From Bellilinea caldifistulae (GTDB lineage Bacteria; Chloroflexota; Anaerolineae; Anaerolineales; Anaerolineaceae), in contig NZ_LGHJ01000012.1 of the NCBI RefSeq assembly GCF_001306055.1, positions 180,001 to 212,000 of the forward strand: a stretch of 32,000 nt of DNA, read 5' to 3'. The notes under the pieces are model-generated. The model worked only from the letters and a program-made list of their open reading frames with translations. It was not told the origin of the DNA and searched no databases. How positions within the stretch are numbered: the first letter of the stretch is position 1; every line of letters starts with the position of its first letter. This document shows positions 8,585 to 16,245 of the stretch, piece after piece. The position numbers were made by a program, and so were the translations under genes.

Positions 8585-9121
8585 ATGAAGCAACCCAAAC
8601 CCTGGTGGCAACAACCCGGTTTCCGGGTCGGCATTGCACTGGTGTTGCTGATTTTGCTTGGCGGAGCAGTCAGCGCGGTGTATCTCACCCAGATTCCACC
8701 CGAACAGCCAATCGCCTTCCCGCACAATCGGCACGTCGGATTGGGTGCGCCCTGCGCCTACTGTCACCCCGGCACCGCCTGGGGACCCAACGCCGGCCTG
8801 CCGGGTATTGACAAATGCTGGGGCTGCCACCAGCAAGTCCAGAAAAAGTCACCCGAACTGGAAAAACTGGCTGCCTACGTGGCAAACAACCAGCCAATTC
8901 CATGGGTGCCGGTTGCCATTCAACCGGAATTCGTCCACTTCAATCATCAGCCGCATGTCAGCGCCGGAATTGCCTGTGAGACCTGTCACGGGGATATGAC
9001 CAAAATGACCGTTGCCGAGCCGCAGCCGCGTCAGAACATGGGCTGGTGCCTTTCCTGTCATCAAAAGATGGCCCCGGAACAGTGGACCAAACTTTCCGAC
9101 TGCGCAACCTGCCATTATTGA
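8585..9121 (+). CDS. actA: ACIII subunit ActA, pentahaem cytochrome c
   Basis: ATG 8585 after GAAAGGAG. One TM helix. Five CxxCH motifs (CAYCH, CWGCH, CETCH, CLSCH, CATCH). Position upstream of a MopB/FeS/NrfD trio. Confidence 0.85.
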   Translation: MKQPKPWWQQPGFRVGIALVLLILLGGAVSAVYLTQIPPEQPIAFPHNRHVGLGAPCAYCHPGTAWGPNAGLPGIDKCWGCHQQVQKKSPELEKLAAYVANNQPIPWVPVAIQPEFVHFNHQPHVSAGIACETCHGDMTKMTVAEPQPRQNMGWCLSCHQKMAPEQWTKLSDCATCHY

Positions 9122-9140
9122 TTTGGAGCGAGGAAACAGC

Positions 9141-11294
9141 ATGAGCAATACCCTATCACGAAGAGATTTCCTGAAACTGAGCGGGCTGGGGGCGGCTGTT
9201 TCGGCAGTGCTGACCGGCTGCGGGCCAATGGCGCGCTACATCGTCCGCAAGCCATACACCAGCATGCCCGAATACAACCAGACCGGGCTGAGTACCTACT
9301 ACGCTTCCACCTGCCGTGAATGCCCGGCCGGATGCGGCATCATCGTTCGCACCAAGGAAGGCCGGGCGATCACCATCGAGGGCAATCCGCAACACCCCGT
9401 CAACCGCGGGCGGCTCTGCTCGCGCGGGGTAACCGCCCAGCAAGGTCTTTACAACCCCGACCGCATCCGCGGCCCGGTTTTTCAGGCACGCGGAGATGCC
9501 GGCCGTGCCAAAGCAATTACCTGGGACGAAGCCTTGAATGTCGTCCAGCAAGCCCTTGCCAGCTCACCTGACCAGATCGCCTTCCTGCTGGGGGCAGCCC
9601 CCGATCACCTGTTCGATCTGGTCAGCGAAATGACCGCCACGCTGGGCGCCCCTGCCCCCGTGCGTTACAACGCTTTGACCACCTTTGAGGGACGCACAAC
9701 CCTGCTCGAAGCAGCCCGGCTAACTTTTGGCGAGGAAACCCTGCCTTACTTCGACCTTGCCAACGCCGATGTGACTTTCGCCTTTGGCGCAAACTTCCTG
9801 GAAAACTGGCTTTCACCGGTGGCTTACACGCGCGCCTACGGCGAATTCCGTCAAGGACGCCCGACCCGGCGCGGTTATCTGGTCGTCTTTGAAGCCCGCC
9901 AGTCCCTCACCGCCGGCAATGCGGATGAGTGGATACCCATCCGGCCCGGCAGCGAGGCGATTCTGGCGGCTGTATTCAACCGGCTGGTGGCCGAAGCGCG
10001 CGGCAAGCCGGTTTCACCGGCTTTCAGCACGGTGACGGTCAGCGCCGCTGCAGCCGCCAGCGGAGTCAGCGAAGAGAAAATCCGCCAGCTGGCGCAACTC
10101 TTCGCCGCTGCCAGTCATCCACTCGCCATCCCCGGCGGCAGCGCCCTGGCTCAGGCTGACGGGTTGATGACGGCCCGCTCCTTGCTTTACCTGAACGCCG
10201 TGGTGGAAAACCTCGGCCAGCCCGGCGGCGTCTTCCTGACCCCGGCACAAGTCGCCGCCACCGATTTTGCAGCGGTCAAAGAGCTGGTGCGACGGATGAC
10301 CGACAGCAAAGTCAAGGTACTCTTCATTCACGGGGTCAACCCCCTGTTTGAACTGCCCGGTGCGCTGGGCTTTGGCGAGGCCCTCGCCAAAGTGCCACTG
10401 GTGATCTCCTTTGCTTCTTTCCCGGATGAAACCGCCCTGGCCAGCGATTACATCCTGCCCGACCATACGCCCCTGGAGTCGTTTGGCTACCAACGGGTGT
10501 TGGCGGGCAGCGACCGCCCGGCCTACTCCTCCTTCCAGCCGGTGGTGGTGCCGCTGTACGATACCCGCGCAACCGCCGATGTTCTGCTGGCAGCCGTCAA
10601 ACAACTGGGAATGGCAGCCGCACAGGCTTTCCCGTACAAAGACGAGGTGGAATACATCCAGCAAAAACTGCTCCCGCTGATTGAAGCGGGTGGATTTTAC
10701 ACCGCGCCGGAGATTTTCACCTTCTGGTCACGCTGGCTGCAATACGGCGGCTGGTGGAAGCCGCAAGCCGAGCTTTCTGCGCCACGGCAAGCCGTCCCAC
10801 CGGAAGAAGCCTTCCCCTTCACCCCGCCGGTGGAGTTAGAAGAAGGCAAGCAATTTTATCTGATCACTTTCCCCAATCACTTCGGGGATGGCAGTGGGGC
10901 GAATCGCCCATGGCTGCAAGAACTGCCCGATTGGATGACCACCGTCACCTGGAATTCGTGGGTTGAAATTCACCCCAAGACGGCCGAAGAACTCGGCCTG
11001 CACGATGATGATGTGGTGCGCATCAGCACCCCCTTCGGATTTGTGGAAGCCAGCGTCTATCGCTATCCCGCCATCCGGCCGGATACAATTGCCATACCCT
11101 TTGGGCAAGGGCACACTGCCCTGGGACGCTGGGCAGAAGGCCGCGGCTGCAATCCGGCTCAGGTACTGCCCACCACCACCAACGCCGCCGGTGACCTGAC
11201 TTTTGGCAGTGTTGTGGCCACCATCCTGCCGACCGGCAAACGCCGCCCGCTTGCTCGTGTGGAGAGCAAAGAAGGCATTTACGGCGAACATTAA
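9141..11294 (+). CDS. actB: ACIII subunit ActB, molybdopterin-oxidoreductase-like part (B1), Tat-exported
   Basis: ATG 9141 after GGAGCGAGGA. Twin-arginine signal SRRDFLKLSGLGAA. MopB-like N-terminal CX2CX3CX27C motif (9312-9419). Large MopB-type body. Confidence 0.85.
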   Translation: MSNTLSRRDFLKLSGLGAAVSAVLTGCGPMARYIVRKPYTSMPEYNQTGLSTYYASTCRECPAGCGIIVRTKEGRAITIEGNPQHPVNRGRLCSRGVTAQQGLYNPDRIRGPVFQARGDAGRAKAITWDEALNVVQQALASSPDQIAFLLGAAPDHLFDLVSEMTATLGAPAPVRYNALTTFEGRTTLLEAARLTFGEETLPYFDLANADVTFAFGANFLENWLSPVAYTRAYGEFRQGRPTRRGYLVVFEARQSLTAGNADEWIPIRPGSEAILAAVFNRLVAEARGKPVSPAFSTVTVSAAAAASGVSEEKIRQLAQLFAAASHPLAIPGGSALAQADGLMTARSLLYLNAVVENLGQPGGVFLTPAQVAATDFAAVKELVRRMTDSKVKVLFIHGVNPLFELPGALGFGEALAKVPLVISFASFPDETALASDYILPDHTPLESFGYQRVLAGSDRPAYSSFQPVVVPLYDTRATADVLLAAVKQLGMAAAQAFPYKDEVEYIQQKLLPLIEAGGFYTAPEIFTFWSRWLQYGGWWKPQAELSAPRQAVPPEEAFPFTPPVELEEGKQFYLITFPNHFGDGSGANRPWLQELPDWMTTVTWNSWVEIHPKTAEELGLHDDDVVRISTPFGFVEASVYRYPAIRPDTIAIPFGQGHTALGRWAEGRGCNPAQVLPTTTNAAGDLTFGSVVATILPTGKRRPLARVESKEGIYGEH

Positions 11295-11327
11295 TGTTAG
11301 CGATGAAATAACCAAGGAGAGAGACTC

Positions 11328-12044
11328 ATGGCTGAACAAAAAGCACCTCAAAAATGGGGACTGGTGGTTGATCTCGACCGTTGTACGGGCTGCAATGCCT
11401 GCATCGCCGCCTGCTCGATGGAAAATAACATCCCCTTCGTCGGTGAGGACGAAGTGGCTTACGGACGCGGGTTGTACTGGCTCTACAACAAACGGGAATG
11501 GCGCGGCGAATATCCCGAAATCAAGCCGGCCTTTGAACCGGTCATGTGCCAGCAGTGCGGCAACGCCCCCTGTGAACCGGTCTGCCCGGTCTTCGCCTCG
11601 GTGCATAGCGAGGAAGAGCAAATCAATCTGGCCGTCTACAACCGCTGCGTTGGCACCCGTTACTGCGCCAATAACTGCCCCTATCACGCCCGTCAGTTCA
11701 ACTACTTCGATTACGAGCTGCCCGAACCGATGAATTCCTACCTCAACCCGGATGTGACCGTTCGGCGCCGTGGCGTGATGGAAAAATGCACCTTCTGCGT
11801 CCAGCGAATTGTGCGCGGACGACAGAAAGCCGCTGCCGAGGGACGGGAAGTGGAAGACGGCGAGATTCAACCCGCCTGCGTTCAGGCCTGCCCGGCCGGT
11901 GCGCTGGTGTTTGGGGATGTGAGCAATCCCGAAAGCAAAGCCAGTCAGATGGCGCGCAATCAGCGCCGCTATCAACTGCTGGAAGAATTGGGCACGCTAC
12001 CCCGGGTAACCTATCTCAAAGGAGGAGGACGCTATGGCGGCTGA
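11328..12044 (+). CDS. actB: ACIII subunit ActB, iron-sulfur part (B2; PsrB/NrfC-like ferredoxin), encoded as a separate gene
   Basis: AAGGAGAG RBS. Cys clusters CTGCNACIAAC, CQQCGNAPCEPVCP, CVGTRYCANNCP, CTFC...CVQACP. Confidence 0.85.
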   Translation: MAEQKAPQKWGLVVDLDRCTGCNACIAACSMENNIPFVGEDEVAYGRGLYWLYNKREWRGEYPEIKPAFEPVMCQQCGNAPCEPVCPVFASVHSEEEQINLAVYNRCVGTRYCANNCPYHARQFNYFDYELPEPMNSYLNPDVTVRRRGVMEKCTFCVQRIVRGRQKAAAEGREVEDGEIQPACVQACPAGALVFGDVSNPESKASQMARNQRRYQLLEELGTLPRVTYLKGGGRYGG

Positions 12045-13476
12045 GACCAATTTGCTGCAAGCCGTAAAGCCAGCCGAACACGCGGAAGAAGACCCCCGCG
12101 AACATTTGATGTTCGACCCGCGCCCGCGCGAGGAAATGAACCGCATGGTCATGGAGGCGATGACCACCACCACCCGCCGCTACTGGATCTGGCTGATCGC
12201 CCTTGGGCTGGGTGTGGCGGTCTTGTTGTTTGGCGCCTGGGGCAACATGATTTTGACCGGCATCGGGGTTGCCGGTGTCCGCCGCCCCATCTTTTGGGGT
12301 GTGTTCATCGTCACCTTTGTCTTCTGGATCGGCATCAGCCATGCCGGAACGTTTGTGTCGGCCATCCTGCGAGTCTTCAAGGCTGAATTCCGCCGCCCCT
12401 TCACCCGGGCAGCCGAGTTGATGACCACCTTCGGGCTGGCAGCCGGTGCGCTTTACCCCCTAATCCATCTTGGGCGGGTGTGGGTGTTCTACTGGATGAT
12501 TCCCTATCCCAACGCTCGCTGGTTGTGGCCAAACTTCCGTTCCCCCCTGGTGTGGGACTTTCTCGCCATCACCACGTACCTGCTTTCCAGCACCATTTAC
12601 CTCTACCTGCCGCTGGTTCCCGACCTGGCCATGGCGCGTGACCGTACCAAAGGTTGGCGTCATACGATTTATAAGCTGCTGGCTCTGGGCTGGCGCGGCA
12701 CCGAGGCCGAGTGGTACCGCCTGCGTAAAGCCATCAACATCTTTGCCTTTGCCATCATCCCGGTCATGTTCTCGGTGCACACCATCGTTTCGTGGGACTT
12801 TGCGGTAGGCATGGTGGCCGGCTGGCATTCGACCATCTTCGGCCCGTATTTCATCGTTGGCGCAATCCTTTCGGGTGTAGCAGCCGTGGTGACCATTCTG
12901 TTTGTCCTGCGCAACACCATGAAACACTTCGACTACTTCATCCGCGTCGAGCATTTTGATGCGCTGGGTAAACTGCTGCTGGTCTTTTCAATGGCATGGG
13001 CTTACTTCTTCTTCAACGAGTACCTGCTTTCGTGGTACGGTGGCGATGCTGCCGTCAAACAGGTGCTGACCCTGCACGCTACCGGCCCGGCGGCGTGGGT
13101 CTGGTACACCATGCTGATCTGCAATGTCGCCATCCCCTGGCTGACGCTGTGGAATAAGACCATCCGCCGCACACCCTGGGCGATGTTCATCATCACCCTG
13201 CTGATCAATGTGGGCATGTACGCCGAACGCTACACCATCATCCCCCTCACCCTCGGCCATCAACGCAGCCCGTTTGATTGGGGTGTGTATAACCCACAGT
13301 GGACCGAAATCAGCATTGCGTTAGGCACATTGTGTTTGTTCATGTTCCTGTATCTGGCTGCCTCACGCCTCATCCCGCTGGTGCCGGTCTGGGAAGTACA
13401 GGAAGGTCAAATGGCGCACACTCTCCGCAAAGTCGGCAAAGCCGAGGTACCCTCGGTGACCGAACTGGAAGAGTAA
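12034..13476 (+). CDS. actC: ACIII subunit ActC, NrfD/PsrC-like polytopic quinol-interacting membrane subunit
   Basis: ATG 12034 after AGGAGGAGGA, overlapping the actB2 stop by 11 nt. 480 aa with many hydrophobic helices, NrfD-like. Confidence 0.85.
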   Translation: MAAETNLLQAVKPAEHAEEDPREHLMFDPRPREEMNRMVMEAMTTTTRRYWIWLIALGLGVAVLLFGAWGNMILTGIGVAGVRRPIFWGVFIVTFVFWIGISHAGTFVSAILRVFKAEFRRPFTRAAELMTTFGLAAGALYPLIHLGRVWVFYWMIPYPNARWLWPNFRSPLVWDFLAITTYLLSSTIYLYLPLVPDLAMARDRTKGWRHTIYKLLALGWRGTEAEWYRLRKAINIFAFAIIPVMFSVHTIVSWDFAVGMVAGWHSTIFGPYFIVGAILSGVAAVVTILFVLRNTMKHFDYFIRVEHFDALGKLLLVFSMAWAYFFFNEYLLSWYGGDAAVKQVLTLHATGPAAWVWYTMLICNVAIPWLTLWNKTIRRTPWAMFIITLLINVGMYAERYTIIPLTLGHQRSPFDWGVYNPQWTEISIALGTLCLFMFLYLAASRLIPLVPVWEVQEGQMAHTLRKVGKAEVPSVTELEE

Positions 13477-13491
13477 TCAAGGAGCAAACGT

Positions 13492-14028
13492 ATGGCTGCA
13501 AAAGTCGTTCATCTGGCACTTTTCAAAGAAGAACAAATTGATCACGCCGCCGAAGCCATCTCCCGCCTGCACGAACTGGGCATCAGCGATCGCGATATTT
13601 CGGTCATCTCCGGCATCCCATACTCCGAGCGCATCCTCGGAAGGCCAATGTCATGGACGAACATCGGCCGGATTGGGCTGGCTGGGGCAGTACTGGGCTT
13701 TCTGGTGGCAACGTTTTTGAACTTTGGTACTCCCTTGCTGTATCCCATTCGCGTGGCCGCCATGGGACTGACTCCCATCCCAACCTCGATTGTGGTTACC
13801 TTTGAACTGACCATGCTGGGTCTGTTGATCAGCACCTTCATCGGCGTATTCGTGGAAACCATCTCACCGTCGTTTGGGCCGAAAGGCTACCACCCCAAGA
13901 TCAGTGACGGACACATCGGCATCCTGTTCAGCGGCCCGGCTCAACTGGATGAAAAAATTCACACCGCCCTCAGCGAATTGGGCGCCGAAGTGGTACATGA
14001 GGTAGAGGAGGAGAAGTTATGGCCGTAG
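13492..14028 (+). CDS. actD: ACIII subunit ActD (DUF3341-like)
   Basis: AAGGAG RBS. N-terminal soluble segment VHLALFKEEQIDHAAEAISRLHELG followed by two TM helices. Conserved position after actC. Confidence 0.75.
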   Translation: MAAKVVHLALFKEEQIDHAAEAISRLHELGISDRDISVISGIPYSERILGRPMSWTNIGRIGLAGAVLGFLVATFLNFGTPLLYPIRVAAMGLTPIPTSIVVTFELTMLGLLISTFIGVFVETISPSFGPKGYHPKISDGHIGILFSGPAQLDEKIHTALSELGAEVVHEVEEEKLWP

Positions 14029-14546
14029 CCAAACGTTTGATCCTTGTTCTGGTGGTGCTGGCCAGCCCGTTGCTGATCGGCTTGCTTTTCACCTACGACA
14101 TCATCAAAATCGAGTGGATTTCCTTCATGGAAATTCAGCCCTCTTACCGTTCGATGGAAGCACCCCTGCCGCTGCCGCCTCGCTCAGTGCCGGTACAGGG
14201 AGCGGCTTACATCCCCGAACTGGGCGCACCGGCAAACCCCGTTCCGGCAACCGAGGAGTCGATTCAGCGCGGCAAGGAGTACTATGACAATGCCTGCGCT
14301 CTCTGCCACGGGGCAACCGGCAACGGCGGCGGGGCTTTCTCCGGTTTTCTGGTGCAGTACCCGCCCGCCAACCTGGTCAAGCCCGACGCCAACGCCCGTC
14401 AAATCAGCGATGGGGCAATTTTCCTGACCATCACCAACGGCATTGAAGGGCGTATGCCGGCGCTGATCGAAAACCTCCCAACCCCCGAAATGCGCTGGGA
14501 CGTGGTCAACTATGTGCGCCACCTGCAGCAACAGGCCACCCCCTGA
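14019..14546 (+). CDS. actE: ACIII subunit ActE, membrane-anchored monohaem cytochrome c
   Basis: ATG 14019 after GAGGAGGAG, overlapping the actD stop. N-terminal TM helix. Single CALCHG motif with distal Met region (GRMPAL). Confidence 0.8.
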   Translation: MAVAKRLILVLVVLASPLLIGLLFTYDIIKIEWISFMEIQPSYRSMEAPLPLPPRSVPVQGAAYIPELGAPANPVPATEESIQRGKEYYDNACALCHGATGNGGGAFSGFLVQYPPANLVKPDANARQISDGAIFLTITNGIEGRMPALIENLPTPEMRWDVVNYVRHLQQQATP

Positions 14547-14570
14547 GCATCTTTCTCGATTGTCCACGCA

Positions 14571-14607
14571 AAAAGAGCCGCCGGATTGCAACCGGTGGCT
14601 CTTTTTC
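14571..14607. terminator. Rho-independent (bidirectional-looking) terminator after actE
   Basis: AGAGCCGCCGG (14574-14584) pairs with CCGGTGGCTCT (14592-14602) with one G-U pair. A-tract upstream and TTTTT downstream. Confidence 0.75.
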
Positions 14608-14660
14608 TAATGAAACTCTAATGTTTGAGTGGCTTTTAGGCCTTTTTATTTTCAAAAATG

Positions 14661-14669
14661 TGTTACAAT
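14661..14669 (+). promoter_or_regulatory. Extended -10 promoter element (TGtTACAAT) upstream of the cold-shock gene leader
   Basis: TG-n-TACAAT at 14661-14669. No good -35. Would give a 5' UTR of about 135 nt. Confidence 0.45.
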
Positions 14670-14723
14670 CAATTCCGTTGAGTGTGAAACGCTCAATGGT
14701 TACAGAGATCGCGTCATGGTTGT

Positions 14724-14757
14724 ATCGCCTTCCGATTTCGGTAAAGGCGATTTTTTT
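14724..14757 (+). promoter_or_regulatory. Intrinsic-terminator-like hairpin plus U-tract inside the csp leader (candidate attenuator/thermosensor)
   Basis: ATCGCCTT (14724-14731) pairs perfectly with AAGGCGAT (14744-14751). Inner CCGA/TCGG pairing. Followed by T7 (14751-14757), 55 nt before the csp ATG. Confidence 0.55.
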
Positions 14758-14811
14758 ATGACCCGATCGAAAAATCATCAAATCTTTTTAGTAACAAATG
14801 GAGTATCTCAA

Positions 14812-15021
14812 ATGTCTGATCGTGTAGTTGGTAATGTCAAGTGGTTCAATAGTGAAAAGGGCTACGGTTTTATTTCTCAGGAAAACGGCCCGGATGTCTT
14901 CGTCCATCACACTGCCATTCAGGCGGAAGGCTTCCGCACATTGAACGAAGGGCAAAAAGTTGAATTTTCCATCGAAAAGGGTCCCAAAGGCTTGCAGGCT
15001 GCCCGCTTGACCATTCTGTAA
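14812..15021 (+). CDS. csp: Cold-shock protein (CspA family, 69 aa)
   Basis: ATG 14812 with GGAG 8 nt upstream. RNP1/RNP2 motifs KGYGFI and VFVHH. The ORF-track extension to 14629 is not credible. Confidence 0.95.
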   Translation: MSDRVVGNVKWFNSEKGYGFISQENGPDVFVHHTAIQAEGFRTLNEGQKVEFSIEKGPKGLQAARLTIL

Positions 15022-15040
15022 AATTCTCAACTCAAAAGCC

Positions 15041-15074
15041 AAAACACCCCTGTTCCAAACAGGGGTGTTTTTTA
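15041..15074 (+). terminator. Rho-independent terminator after csp
   Basis: ACACCCCTGT (15044-15053), loop TCCAA, ACAGGGGTGT (15059-15068), followed by TTTTT. Confidence 0.85.
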
Positions 15075-15092
15075 TTTGGAAAGCGCTTTTTA

Positions 15093-15101
15093 TGGTATAA
15101 T
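15093..15101 (+). promoter_or_regulatory. Extended -10 promoter (TGgTATAAT) for tRNA-Ser
   Basis: TGGTATAAT at 15093-15101, 28 nt upstream of the tRNA 5' end. Confidence 0.5.
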
Positions 15102-15129
15102 CACCGCGCCCGGTAAACTATACCGCTTT

Positions 15130-15219
<90 letters not shown>

Positions 15220-15226
15220 GAATTTT

Positions 15227-15249
15227 CCGGCCTCAGGGCCGGTTTTTTT
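15227..15249 (+). terminator. Rho-independent terminator after tRNA-Ser
   Basis: CCGGCC-TCAG-GGCCGG followed by T7. Confidence 0.8.
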
Positions 15250-15250
15250 C

Positions 15251-15279
15251 TTGCACTTTCAAAGGCGTTCGATTATAAT
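15251..15279 (+). promoter_or_regulatory. Sigma70-type promoter for tRNA-Val (TTGCAC-17-TATAAT)
   Basis: -35 TTGCAC (15251-15256), 17-nt spacer, -10 TATAAT (15274-15279), 13 nt before the tRNA 5' end. Confidence 0.7.
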
Positions 15280-15292
15280 TGGGGTTGCAAAC

Positions 15293-15369
15293 GGGCGGTT
15301 AGCTCAGTTGGTTAGAGCGTTGCGTTGACATCGCAGAGGTCGTAGGTTCGAGTCCTATACCGCCCACCA
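15293..15369 (+). tRNA. tRNA-Val (anticodon GAC), CCA encoded
   Basis: Manual fold. Acceptor GGGCGGT/ACCGCCC. D arm GCTC-AGTTGGTTA-GAGC. Anticodon stem TTGCG/CGCAG with loop TTGACAT. T arm GTAGG-TTCGAGT-CCTAT. Discriminator A then CCA. Confidence 0.92.
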
Positions 15370-15374
15370 GAGTC

Positions 15375-15401
15375 AAAAAGCCGCGTTGAAGCGGCTTTTT
15401 T
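15375..15401. terminator. Bidirectional rho-independent terminator (after tRNA-Val on + and after the island operon on -)
   Basis: AAAAA-GCCGC-GTTGAA-GCGGC-TTTTTT, with A- and T-tracts on both sides. Confidence 0.8.
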
Positions 15402-15528
15402 CTTGGAATTGTGCGCTAATGTCCCCGTCAGCGGAATTGAAACGCTCCGACTTGAAGAAATTGACGAAAAATGATGGGGGACTTTTCCTTGATCTACCCA
15501 AACACCTCACCAATCCACCGCAGAGCCT

Positions 15529-16245
15529 CTAACACTCCAAAAAATTTACCTCGCTCTTATATTTTATACTTGTAATCGTTCCATCATGGAGGTTAATCAC
15601 ACAATCAGATTCTTCAGCAACACGCAAATCATGAGTGACGAGCAAGACGGATAGCGCTTTATCTTCTACCAGCGTGCGAAACAACTTAACAATTTCCATA
15701 CCCGTCTTTGAATCCAGGTTTCCCGTAGGTTCATCGGCCAAGAGAAGGGACGGTTCATGGATCAAAGCGCGTGCAATAACCACCCGTTGCTGTTCACCCC
15801 CCGATAACTCAGCCGGTAAATGATTGATCCGATTTCCAAGTCCTACCCATTCAATCAGGTGCATTGCCTTTTCTTTCAAGTTAAAACCCAATGAATGTTG
15901 ATAAGGCAGCAAGGGCAGCATCACATTTTCAATCACGGTCAGTACAGGCAAGAGGTGATAGAGTTGAAATACAAAACCGATATTCTTTCGGCGGAATGCC
16001 GTTATTTGATCTTCCGAAAGATTGGAATAGTTTACATCACCAACGATAATATGCCCTGATGTAGGTTTATCTATCCCCGCAATCAGGTTCAGCAAAGTGG
16101 TTTTTCCACTACCCGATGGTCCAATGATTGTGGTGAGTTGAGTTTTCTTTACTTCCAGGTCTAAATTATGTAGGGCTGTGACTTTATTAAAGCCGGTATC
16201 ATACACCTTGGATACGCCAGAACAAATCACGATTGAATTTTTCAT
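15529..16245 (-). CDS. ABC transporter ATP-binding protein, MacB/LolD/FtsE-type
   Basis: Walker [10 protein letters not shown], signature LSGGEQQR, Walker [10 protein letters not shown]-loop VTHD. The start overlaps the permease stop (ATGA). Confidence 0.95.
   Translation of the reverse strand: MKNSIVICSGVSKVYDTGFNKVTALHNLDLEVKKTQLTTIIGPSGSGKTTLLNLIAGIDKPTSGHIIVGDVNYSNLSEDQITAFRRKNIGFVFQLYHLLPVLTVIENVMLPLLPYQHSLGFNLKEKAMHLIEWVGLGNRINHLPAELSGGEQQRVVIARALIHEPSLLLADEPTGNLDSKTGMEIVKLFRTLVEDKALSVLLVTHDLRVAEESDCVINLHDGTITSIKYKSEVNFLEC

Noticed and set aside
10836-11975. 379-aa ORF antisense to actB1/actB2. Similar long antisense ORFs occur at 7707-8351, 8204-8836, 10014-10664, 20856-21899, 23059-23721, 26609-27388, 27626-28492 and 29296-30450.
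   Set aside because: All lie opposite genes with unmistakable conserved motifs. They have Arg/Gly/Ala/Pro-rich, low-information translations and no RBS. They are the usual stop-codon-poor shadow frames of high-GC DNA.
14629-14811. N-terminal extension of the cold-shock ORF (130 aa in the ORF track).
   Set aside because: Csp proteins are about 65-70 aa. ATG 14812 has a GGAG RBS. The upstream part contains a terminator-like hairpin and is better explained as a 5' UTR.
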